From: an uncultured Actinomycetes bacterium
GTDB lineage: Bacteria; Actinomycetota; Acidimicrobiia; Spongiisociales; DATADW01
Length of the DNA stretch: 64,000 nucleotides
Direction of reading: 5' to 3'
Assembly (NCBI GenBank): GCA_963824995.1
Contig: CAWGRK010000003.1
Location: 1-64,000 of the forward strand
Shown here: piece after piece, positions 54,901 through 64,000 of the stretch
Layout: each line of letters starts with the position of its first letter
Numbering within the stretch: position 1 is the first letter of the stretch
Position numbers and translations under genes: made by a program
The notes under the pieces: model-generated
Databases searched by the model: none
Told to the model about the DNA's origin: nothing
The model's input: only the letters and a program-made list of their open reading frames with translations

Positions 54901-55368
54901 TCAACCCTCGGATGCGCACAGGAGGTCGAGTGCCTCGGAGGCGGTGAGCCCAGGCGCCACCTCGGCGTCGGGCCACACCTCGACCAGCGGCACCAGCACG
55001 AAGCGACGCTCGGCGGCGCGGGGATGGGGAAGGGTCAGCTGGGCGCTATCCCGCCGCATCCCCTCCATCACGACCAGATCGAGATCGAGCGTGCGGGGGC
55101 CCCACCGCTCCACCCTCACCCTCCCGTGGTCGTCCTCGACCGCCTGCAACCGGGCCAGAAGCTGTTCCGGTGACAGGTCGGTTTCGAACACCACCACCGC
55201 GTTGAGGAAGTCGCCCTGCTCCGGTCCCCCCACGGGAGTCGTCTCGTGGAATCCGGAAACGGCCACCACCTCACCCAGATGCGCGAGAGCGGCAAGCGCC
55301 GAGCGGAGCGTTGCGTTCCGGTCGCCGAGATTCGACCCGAGCGCCACAGCAGCGCGTGTCAGCGCCAC
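54901..55368 (-). CDS. folK: 2-amino-4-hydroxy-6-hydroxymethyldihydropteridine diphosphokinase
   Basis: ALGSNLGD, FLNAV, WGPRTLDLD, LPHP..RRFVLVP. Confidence 0.95.
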   Translation of the reverse strand: MALTRAAVALGSNLGDRNATLRSALAALAHLGEVVAVSGFHETTPVGGPEQGDFLNAVVVFETDLSPEQLLARLQAVEDDHGRVRVERWGPRTLDLDLVVMEGMRRDSAQLTLPHPRAAERRFVLVPLVEVWPDAEVAPGLTASEALDLLCASEG

Positions 55369-56222
55369 CGCCTGATCGTCACCGACACGTCGGAGAACGG
55401 CACCGCGATCGGTGCTTCGGGTTTGTGCACCGTTACCTCCACATCCCGAACCCGCTCGTCTTCCAACACGAGTTGCGCAACGCGCTCCGCTACCCGCTCC
55501 AGCAGATTCCATCGCTCGCTGGCGACCAGGTCGTGGATCCTCTGGGCAAGAGATCCGTAGTCCACCGTGTCCTTCAACCGATCGCTCTTCCCTGCAGCCG
55601 ACAGGTCGATCTGAGCGACGACATCGACCATGAACTCCTGACCCTTCTCCTGCTCTTCTGGGTGGACCCCGTGGTGGGCCTGCACCCTGATCCCGCGGAG
55701 GCGGATCTCATCTGCCGACGGCGGTGCCATTGCGGCGGCGGGTGCCGTGGCGGCGGGTCGTAGGCGGCCTGCCTGCTCAGGATGAACAGCGACGACTTGG
55801 TCGACGACCTTCGCCCGTACCGTCGCCAGGTCGGTACCCGACGCCACCAGGATCTGCGCCCCCACACCATCGCCCTCGCGGAGCAGTCCGAGGAGGATGT
55901 GCTCGGTCCCGATGTGGTTGTGCCCGAGTGCCAACGCCTCTCGGAGCGACAGTTCCATCACCTTCTTTGCCCGCGGGGTGAACGGGATCTCACTCCCCTC
56001 GACGAGACCGGGACCCTCCCCAATGAGCTCAAACACACGCTGGCGGGTCGTCTCGAGGTCGATCCCAAGGTCGGCTAGAACGCGCGCCGCCACCCCATCC
56101 TCTTCGGCGATCAGCCCCAGTAGGAGGTGCTCGGTGCCGATGTAGGAGTGCTCGAGTCTGCGGGATTCCATTTGGGCCAGGACGATGACACGCCGCGCCC
56201 TGTCCGTGAAGCGCTCGAACAT
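55359..56222 (-). CDS. folB: Dihydroneopterin aldolase fused to an N-terminal ClpC-type Clp repeat domain
   Basis: aa 1-140 [30 protein letters not shown]; aa ~170-287 HHGVHPEEQ..GQEF..D..TVDYG..LLERVA..HKP. Confidence 0.88.
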   Translation of the reverse strand: MFERFTDRARRVIVLAQMESRRLEHSYIGTEHLLLGLIAEEDGVAARVLADLGIDLETTRQRVFELIGEGPGLVEGSEIPFTPRAKKVMELSLREALALGHNHIGTEHILLGLLREGDGVGAQILVASGTDLATVRAKVVDQVVAVHPEQAGRLRPAATAPAAAMAPPSADEIRLRGIRVQAHHGVHPEEQEKGQEFMVDVVAQIDLSAAGKSDRLKDTVDYGSLAQRIHDLVASERWNLLERVAERVAQLVLEDERVRDVEVTVHKPEAPIAVPFSDVSVTIRRWR

Positions 56223-56704
56223 CAGCTGGGCTCGGGTGTCGGGATCAAGGCCCGTCCTTCCGGTCCGAGCGGCCTGCCGATGATCTCCTGGATCACCGCG
56301 GCCGCCATCACCTGGTTGTCGAGCAGGTCCGAGTGCACCAGGTACCCACCGAGGATCCCGGCGACCGTGTCGTCGATGCCGTCGCGGTGGAGCAGCACGA
56401 CTTCGCTGGGATCGGAAAGCACGCCGTCGAGTACCTCGAACACCTCTTCGGTGTCCTTGGGCAGCGCCATCCCGATCACCGGGACTTCGTGGACCCGGAA
56501 CCCGCCTTGCTCGTAGGCGGCGACGTTCTGGCCGCCCGAGAGAAGCGAGACGATGGTGGTGACACCGGCCTCCTTGGAGAGCCAGACCAGTTCTTCCTCG
56601 CGCCGCACTCTGCGGTGCTGCACGCCGGTGCCGCCGATCCTCTCACAGGTGGCGACCCGGCCAGCGATGACCCAGACGAACCCCCTAGGTTTCAGCCCCG
56701 TCAC
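56222..56704 (-). CDS. Hypothetical protein, possibly a degenerate tyrosine-phosphatase-like fold
   Basis: FVWVI..TIVSLL..HEVPV..VLLHRDG pattern resembles PTP/DSP with the catalytic Cys replaced; coupled within the fol operon. Confidence 0.65.
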   Translation of the reverse strand: MTGLKPRGFVWVIAGRVATCERIGGTGVQHRRVRREEELVWLSKEAGVTTIVSLLSGGQNVAAYEQGGFRVHEVPVIGMALPKDTEEVFEVLDGVLSDPSEVVLLHRDGIDDTVAGILGGYLVHSDLLDNQVMAAAVIQEIIGRPLGPEGRALIPTPEPS

Positions 56705-56707
56705 CGT

Positions 56708-57619
56708 TCACCCACCGTCCTCGCCGTGCGGCACCATAGCGAACACCAGAGCAGCGGCTTGGCGCGCTGCGGGTACATCGTGGACCCTGACGACCGCTGT
56801 GCCTCGCTCCGCCGCCAGCGCAACGGTGACCGCGGTTGCGAGATCGCGCTCTTCAGGCTCGGGCAGATCGAGCAGACGGCCGAGGAAGGATTTGCGGGAG
56901 GTCCCCACCATCACCGGGAAGCCGCACGACGTGATTTCCTCGAGACGAGCCAGGATCTGCAGGTTGTGGTCGAGGTTCTTTCCGAAGCCGATGCCGGGAT
57001 CGATGCAGATCCGTTCCGGGGCGACACCGGCGGCGACGGCCGAACGGGCGCGCAACAGGAGAAACCCGCGCACTTCTCCTACCACGTCCCCGTAGTCGGC
57101 GGATAGATGCATGGTGCGGGGATCGCCCGGCATGTGCATGATCACCAGCGATGACCCTCGTTCCGACACCGTTGCGATCATCTCCGGGTCGGACAGCCCG
57201 GTGACGTCGTTCACCACCAGCGCCCCTGCCTCGAGTGCAACTCTCGCCACCGACGCCTTGCCCGTGTCGATCGACACGGCCACCCCTTCTTCGACGAGGC
57301 GAGCCACCACCGGCTCGACCCGCCTCAGTTCCTCTGCCGCATCGACCGACTCGGCGCCGGGACGGGTCGATTCGCCCCCGACGTCCACGAGGTCGGCGCC
57401 CTGTCTCCACAGTTCGAGACCACGCAGCACCGCGATGTCGGGATCGGCATAGAGGCCGCCGTCGGAAAAGGAGTCAGGGGTGACGTTGAGGATCCCCATG
57501 ACGGCCACCCGTCCTGTCTCGCCGAGCATCCGTTCCCCCACCCGCCATGGCTGTGGAGGGGCGATTGTGCTGGCTATGGCTGGGCCCCGGTCGTCACCGG
57601 ACGAGTCGACCCCCGACAC
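56708..57619 (-). CDS. folP: Dihydropteroate synthase
   Basis: NVTPDSFSDGG, GGESTRPG, DPGIGFGK, SRKSF, RVHDV. Confidence 0.96.
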   Translation of the reverse strand: MSGVDSSGDDRGPAIASTIAPPQPWRVGERMLGETGRVAVMGILNVTPDSFSDGGLYADPDIAVLRGLELWRQGADLVDVGGESTRPGAESVDAAEELRRVEPVVARLVEEGVAVSIDTGKASVARVALEAGALVVNDVTGLSDPEMIATVSERGSSLVIMHMPGDPRTMHLSADYGDVVGEVRGFLLLRARSAVAAGVAPERICIDPGIGFGKNLDHNLQILARLEEITSCGFPVMVGTSRKSFLGRLLDLPEPEERDLATAVTVALAAERGTAVVRVHDVPAARQAAALVFAMVPHGEDGG

Positions 57620-58207
57620 TCATCGCCCGCCGTTGAGCAGCGAGAAAGCCTCGGCGCGCGTTGACGCGCTGTCGGCGAAGATCCCCCGCACCGCCGAGGT
57701 GACCGTCATCGCCCCTGGTTTCCGTACCCCGCGCATACTCATGCAGAGGTGTTCCGCCTCGACCACGACCAGTACGCCGTGCGGCTCGAGGACCTTCATC
57801 AACGTGTCGGCCACCTGTGCGGTGAGCCTCTCCTGCATCTGTGGGCGGCGGGCGTAGACGTCCACGAGACGGGCCAGCTTCGACAGACCGGTGACTCGCC
57901 CCTTTGGCAGGTAGGCGACGTGCGCTCGACCGTGGAACGGCACGAGATGGTGCTCGCAACACGAATAGAAGGGGATGTCGCGGACCATCACGATCTCTTC
58001 GTGGTGCTCCTCCCCGAAGAAGGCATCGACCACCTCGTCCGGCTCTTCTTGGAGCCCGGAGAAGATCTCGGCGTAGAGCCGGGCAACCCGCTCGGGGGTT
58101 TCGACCAGGCCCTCGCGCCCCGGGTCCTCACCAATGGCTTTGAGTATCTGCCGTACCGCTTCGGCGATGGCGGTCTCGTCGATCGGCCCCGGCGCTTCCG
58201 GGTCCAT
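57620..58207 (-). CDS. folE: GTP cyclohydrolase I
   Basis: [34 protein letters not shown]. Confidence 0.96.
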   Translation of the reverse strand: MDPEAPGPIDETAIAEAVRQILKAIGEDPGREGLVETPERVARLYAEIFSGLQEEPDEVVDAFFGEEHHEEIVMVRDIPFYSCCEHHLVPFHGRAHVAYLPKGRVTGLSKLARLVDVYARRPQMQERLTAQVADTLMKVLEPHGVLVVVEAEHLCMSMRGVRKPGAMTVTSAVRGIFADSASTRAEAFSLLNGGR

Positions 58208-58209
58208 GG

Positions 58210-60132
58210 TCAGGAAGTGGGGCGGGCCTCGTGGGTTGCGGTGGTGGCGGCCGCCACACCGTTTACCGCGGCCCTTCCGTTGGGGTGCTGGATGCGGATG
58301 GCTCCGTTGGGGGCGTGCTCCCACTTGGGGACGTCGGCGAAGATCTGCCCGACCTCCTTGGCGTCCACTGTCTCCTTCTCCAGGAGCACCTTCACCATCC
58401 GCTCCATGGCGTCCTGATGGGTCTCGATGATCTCGCGCGCCTCCTCGTGGGCCTGCCCGATGAGTCGCCGCACTTCCTCGTCGATGTGGGCCGCCACCTC
58501 GTCCGAGTAATCCGGCTGACGGCCGTAGTCGCGTCCCAGGAACACCTCGCCGGATGGACGTCCGTACTGCATCGGTCCGAGGCGGTCGCTCATCCCGTAC
58601 TCCATCACCATCCGCCGGGCGATCTCGGTCGCCTTCTCGATGTCGTTGGCGGCGCCTGTGGTCGGGTCGGTGAAGATCCGCTCCTCGGCGGTGCGGCCGC
58701 CGAGCAGCATGGCGAGCTGGTCCACGAGCTCGCTCCGCCGCATCAGGTACTTGTCCTGGGTGGGGAGCGCCAATGTGTGCCCCAGCGATCGGCCCCGGGA
58801 GACGATGGTGATCTTGTGAAGCGGGTCGGCATGGGGCAGGGCCCAACCCACCAGGGCATGGCCGGTCTCGTGGTAGGCGATGACCAGTTTCTCCTCGTCC
58901 GAGATGATCCTGCTCTTCCGCTCCGGCCCGGCAATGACCCGGTCTATTGCCTCCTCGAGCTCCGACATCCCGATCTGCTGCTTGTTGCGCCTGGCGGCGA
59001 GCAGGGCGGACTCGTTGATGAGGTTGGCCAGGTCGGCCCCGGTGAAGCCGGGGGTCTGACGGGCCAGCACCTCGAGTTCGATGCCCTCCTCGAGCGGCTT
59101 GCCCCGGGAGTGAACCCCCAGGATGGCGATACGGCCTACCAGATCGGGACGGTCCACGACGATCTGACGGTCGAACCGTCCCGGACGGAGGAGGGCCGGG
59201 TCGAGGATGTCGGGCCGGTTGGTGCCGGCGATCACGATCACACCGGTCTGCGCCTCGAACCCGTCCAACTCGACCAGCAACTGGTTGAGGGTCTGCTCCC
59301 GCTCGTCGTGGCCGCCACCGAGACCGGCACCGCGGTGGCGGCCGACGGCGTCGATCTCATCGATGAACACGATCGCCGGGGCGTTGTTCTTGGCCTGCTC
59401 GAAGAGGTCGCGGACCCGGGCAGCGCCAACACCGACGAACATCTCGACGAAGTCTGACCCCGAGATGGAGAAGAAGGGGACGCCCGCTTCACCGGCCACC
59501 GCCCGGGCGAGCAGCGTCTTTCCCGTCCCCGGTGGGCCGAAGAGGAGGACTCCCTTGGGGATCTTGGCGCCCATGGCGCGGAACTTGTCCGGGTGCTGGA
59601 GGAACTCTTTGATCTCCTCGAGTTCCTCGATCGCCTCATCCAGTCCGGCAACATCCTTGAAGGTGACCTTCGGGGTGTCCTTGGTGATCTGGCGGGCCTT
59701 GGCCTTGCCAAATTGCATCACCCGGTTTCCCGACCCCTGCATCTGCATGAAGATGAAGATCATGAACCCGATGAGGAACAGCCAGGGGAGGAAGTTGATC
59801 AGGATGTCGAGCAGACCGGGCGGCTCGGCATCGGTCTCGAATTCGACGTCGCCGGCCAACAGCGCGTTGACCAACTGCTCCTGGTATCCGTCGGGGTAGC
59901 GGACCATGAAGTCGAAGTTGTCTCCGGCGGTGTCTTCGTACTGACCTCGGACCACCTGTGACCGCTCGAAGATGGTCGCCGACTCGACCTCGCCCTCTTC
60001 GACCGCGGTGAAGAACTCGTCGAGCCCGATCTCCTCCGGCTCGCCGGCGCTCCTGAACCACTGCTGGCCGACCACCGCAATCATGAGGATGGCCAAGCCG
60101 TATATGAGGATGGTGCGAAGCGTCCGGTTCAC
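58210..60132 (-). CDS. ftsH: ATP-dependent zinc metalloprotease FtsH
   Basis: Two TM segments, [20 protein letters not shown]. Confidence 0.97.
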   Translation of the reverse strand: MNRTLRTILIYGLAILMIAVVGQQWFRSAGEPEEIGLDEFFTAVEEGEVESATIFERSQVVRGQYEDTAGDNFDFMVRYPDGYQEQLVNALLAGDVEFETDAEPPGLLDILINFLPWLFLIGFMIFIFMQMQGSGNRVMQFGKAKARQITKDTPKVTFKDVAGLDEAIEELEEIKEFLQHPDKFRAMGAKIPKGVLLFGPPGTGKTLLARAVAGEAGVPFFSISGSDFVEMFVGVGAARVRDLFEQAKNNAPAIVFIDEIDAVGRHRGAGLGGGHDEREQTLNQLLVELDGFEAQTGVIVIAGTNRPDILDPALLRPGRFDRQIVVDRPDLVGRIAILGVHSRGKPLEEGIELEVLARQTPGFTGADLANLINESALLAARRNKQQIGMSELEEAIDRVIAGPERKSRIISDEEKLVIAYHETGHALVGWALPHADPLHKITIVSRGRSLGHTLALPTQDKYLMRRSELVDQLAMLLGGRTAEERIFTDPTTGAANDIEKATEIARRMVMEYGMSDRLGPMQYGRPSGEVFLGRDYGRQPDYSDEVAAHIDEEVRRLIGQAHEEAREIIETHQDAMERMVKVLLEKETVDAKEVGQIFADVPKWEHAPNGAIRIQHPNGRAAVNGVAAATTATHEARPTS

Positions 60133-60265
60133 CGTTCTCCCTTTGGGACCAGGACACGAGCGTGCGTCGCAAAACTATCACGCCACGTCCGGCAGATTTC
60201 GTTGCCAATCATCGTATGGCAAGCCCGGAACTATGCGGCGGCAGCGGCGGCGGAGCCGCCGCGGC

Positions 60266-60784
60266 TCACTCGTCCATGACGGCTACGTACGGCAGGTTCC
60301 GATAGCGGCCGGCGTAGTCGAGGCCGTAGCCGATGACGAACTGCGGACCGATGCCAAAGCCCACGTAGCGGACGTCGAGCGGCACCCGCTGGATGCCCTC
60401 TTTGACCAACAGCGCGGCGACCTCGAGTGACGCCGGCCGGCGCACCCGAAGGCTCTTGAGCAGGTAGTTGAGGGTCAACCCGGAATCGATGATGTCCTCG
60501 ACGACGAGGACGTCACGCCCGGCGATCTCCTGGTCGAGGTCCTTGAGTATCCGGACGACTCCCGAGGTCTGGGTCGCCGCGCCGTACGACGACACGGCCA
60601 TGAAGTCGAACTGGACGGGGAGATCGATGGCGCGGGCGAGGTCGGCCATGACGATGAAGGCGCCCTTGAGGACGGCAACCACCAGCAGATCGCGCCCCTC
60701 GTAGTCCTCGGTGATCTGCCGGCCCATCTCTTCGATCTTCGCCTCGATCTCGGCAGCCGAGATGAGGACCTTGCCTACCTCCAT
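60266..60784 (-). CDS. hpt: Hypoxanthine phosphoribosyltransferase
   Basis: VLKGA, VEDIIDSGLT, GYGLDY..YRNLP. Confidence 0.96.
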   Translation of the reverse strand: MEVGKVLISAAEIEAKIEEMGRQITEDYEGRDLLVVAVLKGAFIVMADLARAIDLPVQFDFMAVSSYGAATQTSGVVRILKDLDQEIAGRDVLVVEDIIDSGLTLNYLLKSLRVRRPASLEVAALLVKEGIQRVPLDVRYVGFGIGPQFVIGYGLDYAGRYRNLPYVAVMDE

Positions 60785-62085
60785 CTTTCCTCTCGTTGCG
60801 CCGCCAGCCAAAGGTAGCGGGTTGTCGCCTGCCCGACGCCGGGCCCCATCACCCGAACCCGCGGGACCCAGACAAGGCCTCCGCCGGACTCCACCACCGG
60901 CCAGGTCTCACGTTCCCGGCGGTCCACACCTGCGGCGGCCATCACATCTACGAGCGGCGCGTGCCCACCGGGCACCGCAACCCGGTCGCCGTTTTGCGGC
61001 ACACGGATAACGAGAGCATCGCCCACCCGGTCGGCGTCGAGCACCGCCGACCCCGCGCCGAGCGGAAAGGCAATGGGCGGCGTCGTCTCCACCCAGGAGT
61101 CCATGTCCCACGGGCCGAAACGAACCGGGCCGGGGAGAGCCCAATCGACCTGCGATGGCACCGCCGGAGAGCCACTCGGCCCGATCACCACCAACGCGCC
61201 GCGCCGCGATGCCACGAGCCCCTCGGCGAGAGTGGCCCCTTTCCGGGATCCACGCGCAACTTCCAGTACCGCGAGCACTTCCTCATGGGTTCCGGCATGC
61301 GGACCCCGTACCTGCCGAATCGCCCTCCTCACCACCTCGCGGGCGACCGCTTCGCGACGCGTTGTGAGATCTGCTGCCGCCATCGCCACCTCCAGAGCTC
61401 GATGCTGGATGGGCACCCCATCGGCCAGATGCTCCACCACGTCGGAGACGTGTCCGATCGACTCGGCCATCCGGTTGAGCGAAGGGCGGAGCCCCCGGTT
61501 GTAACGGCCCTCCAGTTCGGGGATGAGGTTGCGGCGGATGTCCGTCCTTCTCCCGGCCAGTCCGGTCGCGGCCGGGTCGTCCCGCCAGGGAAGACCGAGC
61601 ACCGTTGCCAGCCGACGGGTCTCGGAGCGGCTGATGCCGAGGAGCGGGCGGACAATGCGATCGCGTCGCCCCGGGATCCCGGCGAGGCCGCGCGCTCCGC
61701 TCCCCCGTAGCACCGCCATGAGCACCGTCTCTGCCTGGTCGTCGGAGGTATGCCCAGTCACCACCCAGGACGAGCCGGCCATCTCGAGGAGCGCCTGGTA
61801 CCTGGCACGGCGGGCGGCGTCCTCCCACGATCCGGCCGGCTCGACGGTGACCTCGCGTGTCAGCACATCGACATCCAATGACCGAGCGATTGCGACGGCG
61901 GCGGACTGCATCTCGTCGGAGGTGGGCAACCCGTGATGCACGTGGGCAGCGACCACCTCTGGGCTCCGCTGGCATGCCGCCCAGGCGGCGACAGCGCTGT
62001 CGGCGCCTCCACTCAGCGCCACGACCAGCGGGCCATCGGGAAGACAGGCAGTTGCGCCGAGCACCCGGCGGCGAATCTGGTCCAT
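60775..62085 (-). CDS. tilS: tRNA(Ile)-lysidine synthetase
   Basis: SGGADS, HVHHGL, AARRARY, GHTSDDQAET, RPLL. Confidence 0.93.
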   Translation of the reverse strand: MDQIRRRVLGATACLPDGPLVVALSGGADSAVAAWAACQRSPEVVAAHVHHGLPTSDEMQSAAVAIARSLDVDVLTREVTVEPAGSWEDAARRARYQALLEMAGSSWVVTGHTSDDQAETVLMAVLRGSGARGLAGIPGRRDRIVRPLLGISRSETRRLATVLGLPWRDDPAATGLAGRRTDIRRNLIPELEGRYNRGLRPSLNRMAESIGHVSDVVEHLADGVPIQHRALEVAMAAADLTTRREAVAREVVRRAIRQVRGPHAGTHEEVLAVLEVARGSRKGATLAEGLVASRRGALVVIGPSGSPAVPSQVDWALPGPVRFGPWDMDSWVETTPPIAFPLGAGSAVLDADRVGDALVIRVPQNGDRVAVPGGHAPLVDVMAAAGVDRRERETWPVVESGGGLVWVPRVRVMGPGVGQATTRYLWLAAQREERWR

Positions 62086-62095
62086 CAGCGCCCGT

Positions 62096-63127
62096 TCAGG
62101 CGACCCGCGCCAACCACCGTCCCGGTTGCTCGATCTCGTCGAGCGAGGGGAGGCTGGCCGGGTCCTCCCAGACAGCGTCGAGAGCTTCCCACCCGGCAGC
62201 CTCTTCCACACCCATGACGAAACGCTCGCCCAACTCGTACTGCTTCATCTTGAGATCGAGACCGGTGAGCCGGAAGAGAGCCGCCATCCGCGGGTCGGCA
62301 CGACGAGCCTTGAGGAGGCGGGACATCCTCTCCTGGGTCCGGAGGACCCGCTCTCCCACACGATCCATCACCACGTGGCCATGACCCTCGAGCAATGACA
62401 TCAGCGCCTGGACTCGCCGCAGCACGGCACGCTGCTCGGGGGAGGCGAACAGCCCGATGAGCCCGGTGTCGTCAACCACCGGCCGCTTGGTGCGCAGTGC
62501 CTTTGCTACCTCGGCGGCGACACGGATGAGCCGGCCGGGCTCGGGTTGTGCGCTCTCGACCAATTCGTTCACCAGGCCACGGAAGTAATCGCGTAGCCAT
62601 GGGACGGCGGTGAACTGGAGGCGATGGGTGCACTCGTGGAGAGCGAGCCAGGTGCGGAACTCGGTGGGGTCGAGCTGGTGCGTGCGCTCCAGGGCGAGGA
62701 TGTTGGCGCCCACCAGTGTGACGATGTCCGCCTCCGACCCGGTGGGCAGCACCAACTCGTACTGGCCGAGGACCCGTCGCGCCAACAGTCCGAGGAGTGC
62801 CCCGGTCTCTGCAGCGAGGACTCGCCGGCTCAGCCCAGCACTGGAGTCGCCGGCAGCTGCGGCGAGGCGTTCTTCGGCGGGTGCCAATAGCACGGCGAAC
62901 GATGCGACATTCCGCTCCGCCCACTCCGACCGGGTGACGACCATGACCTCGGGCATCCCCCGGCTCCGCAGGCCCGTCTCCTCCTCGACCAACCGAGCGG
63001 CGCTCTCGACCAAAGCAGGCGCCTGCTCGGTTAGATGGTGAAAGTGGTACGAGCCCTCGAGCGGGTAACTACCAGCGAGCCGGGCGGCGACCCGCGATGC
63101 GCTCGACCAGGGGATGGTCGAGGTCAC
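62096..63127 (-). CDS. Zinc-dependent metalloprotease (zincin, DUF2342-like)
   Basis: VLGQYE, WLALHECTHRLQF, MSLLEGH, KMKQYELGERF; usual tilS neighbour in actinobacteria. Confidence 0.88.
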   Translation of the reverse strand: MTSTIPWSSASRVAARLAGSYPLEGSYHFHHLTEQAPALVESAARLVEEETGLRSRGMPEVMVVTRSEWAERNVASFAVLLAPAEERLAAAAGDSSAGLSRRVLAAETGALLGLLARRVLGQYELVLPTGSEADIVTLVGANILALERTHQLDPTEFRTWLALHECTHRLQFTAVPWLRDYFRGLVNELVESAQPEPGRLIRVAAEVAKALRTKRPVVDDTGLIGLFASPEQRAVLRRVQALMSLLEGHGHVVMDRVGERVLRTQERMSRLLKARRADPRMAALFRLTGLDLKMKQYELGERFVMGVEEAAGWEALDAVWEDPASLPSLDEIEQPGRWLARVA

Positions 63128-63498
63128 CGTACCGGCCGGTACCTGGCCCGAACCACCCGGACGAAGTATTGGATGATCGTCACCACCACGGCCAACCCAC
63201 CGATGACCAGCACCGCCGGGATCAGGTACCGATAGGTCCAAGGCACATCCTCGGGTAGTGCAGCCGTTTCTTCGACGGGAGCAGCGGGGACGATGGTCGG
63301 TCCGGGAGCGGTTGTCTCGGCACCGCCACCACCTTCGCCGGCGACGGTCGTTCCGGTCCCCCCGCCCTCTGCAACGGTGGTCGCAGTCTCCGCCGGCACC
63401 GTCGTCTCCTGGGCGACAGCGGCGCCACCTGCCAAGGGGACCGCCATTGCAAGGGTGAGCAACGTCAGAGTGAAGAAACCGAGGAGGCGATCCCGCAT
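63124..63498 (-). CDS. Hypothetical membrane-anchored protein
   Basis: Signal peptide, Thr-rich region, C-terminal TM helix; GTGA-coupled to the next gene. Confidence 0.7.
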   Translation of the reverse strand: MRDRLLGFFTLTLLTLAMAVPLAGGAAVAQETTVPAETATTVAEGGGTGTTVAGEGGGGAETTAPGPTIVPAAPVEETAALPEDVPWTYRYLIPAVLVIGGLAVVVTIIQYFVRVVRARYRPVR

Positions 63499-63540
63499 CG
63501 GGTCCGAGGATACCGCGCCGGGATCAGGGGTCGAGCCAGG

Positions 63541-63789
63541 TCAGGCCTCGCTTCCGGCCCCGGCTTCACGGAGCATCCGATGCAGCTTCTCCAACAGTTC
63601 AGCCGGGCACTCGTCCTGGCTGCGCTCCCTCACCACTTCGCGCACCCGGGTCTCGAAGACAAAGGCGACCTCACATGGTGGGCAACGACGCAGGTGGTAG
63701 CGGATCCTCACCTTCCGATACCAGGTCATCTCCTCGTCGAGATAGTCGTAGACCTTGGCAATCGCCTGATCGCATTTGTGGTCAGCCAT
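63541..63789 (-). CDS. rsrA: Zinc-binding (ZAS) anti-sigma factor, RsrA/RshA-like
   Basis: [14 protein letters not shown] (HxxxCxxC), CPAEL. Confidence 0.85.
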   Translation of the reverse strand: MADHKCDQAIAKVYDYLDEEMTWYRKVRIRYHLRRCPPCEVAFVFETRVREVVRERSQDECPAELLEKLHRMLREAGAGSEA

Positions 63790-64000
63790 CTGCCGTCTCC
63801 GGGCTCACGAGTCCGCGTTGCGCTGCGAATTCCCACAACGCTCGCTGCAGCGCTCTTCTTCCACGATGGAGCCGAGACATGACCGTTCCGATGGGGATGT
63901 CCATGATCTCGGCGATCTCCTTGTAGGAGAAACCCTCGACGTCCGCCAGGATGACGGGGAGCCGGAAGTGCTCGGGCAGGCTCTCGAGCGCACCCTTGAC
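63782..64000 (-). CDS. ECF sigma factor (SigR/SigH-like), C-terminal part
   Basis: [42 protein letters not shown] region 4, upstream of the anti-sigma gene. Confidence 0.9.
   Translation of the reverse strand, partial: VKGALESLPEHFRLPVILADVEGFSYKEIAEIMDIPIGTVMSRLHRGRRALQRALWEFAAQRGLVSPETADG

Noticed and set aside
57620..58846. 408-aa N-terminally extended FolE
   Set aside because: The extension is an alternative frame of the ftsH 3' end; the plausible start is the ATG at 58207.

Overview
High-GC chromosomal window with an actinobacterial (probably Acidimicrobiia-like) gene order. Many genes, including housekeeping clpC, lysS and coaX, carry small frameshifts that look like uncorrected long-read indel errors, so several CDS calls below are stitched across frames. 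The backbone is the minus-strand block ECF sigma/rsrA - tilS - hpt - ftsH - folE/P/B/K ... DUF2520 - panC - coaX - lysS ... clpC, followed by a BMP-type ABC transporter operon. Two accessory regions interrupt it. The most striking (34.5-54.5 kb) is a signalling locus with four parts: (i) a mostly translationally coupled tandem array of 11 full-length paralogous multi-pass membrane proteins plus 2 internally deleted relics, each ending in what looks like only the first part of a GAF domain; (ii) a soluble PP2C phosphatase-HATPase fusion that begins with the remaining part of a GAF domain; (iii) two STAS proteins and an unknown output gene; (iv) a divergent SARP/BTAD-ATPase-TPR regulator. Conserved 11-bp-period direct-repeat boxes precede each of the three minus-strand transcription units. 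I infer a split-GAF, many-receptors/one-transducer system. The second region holds a giant SARP-cyclase-kinase-nSTAND1-WD40 protein that shares a direct-repeat promoter with a vanadium haloperoxidase gene. The folate operon contains an unusual ClpC N-domain-FolB fusion.
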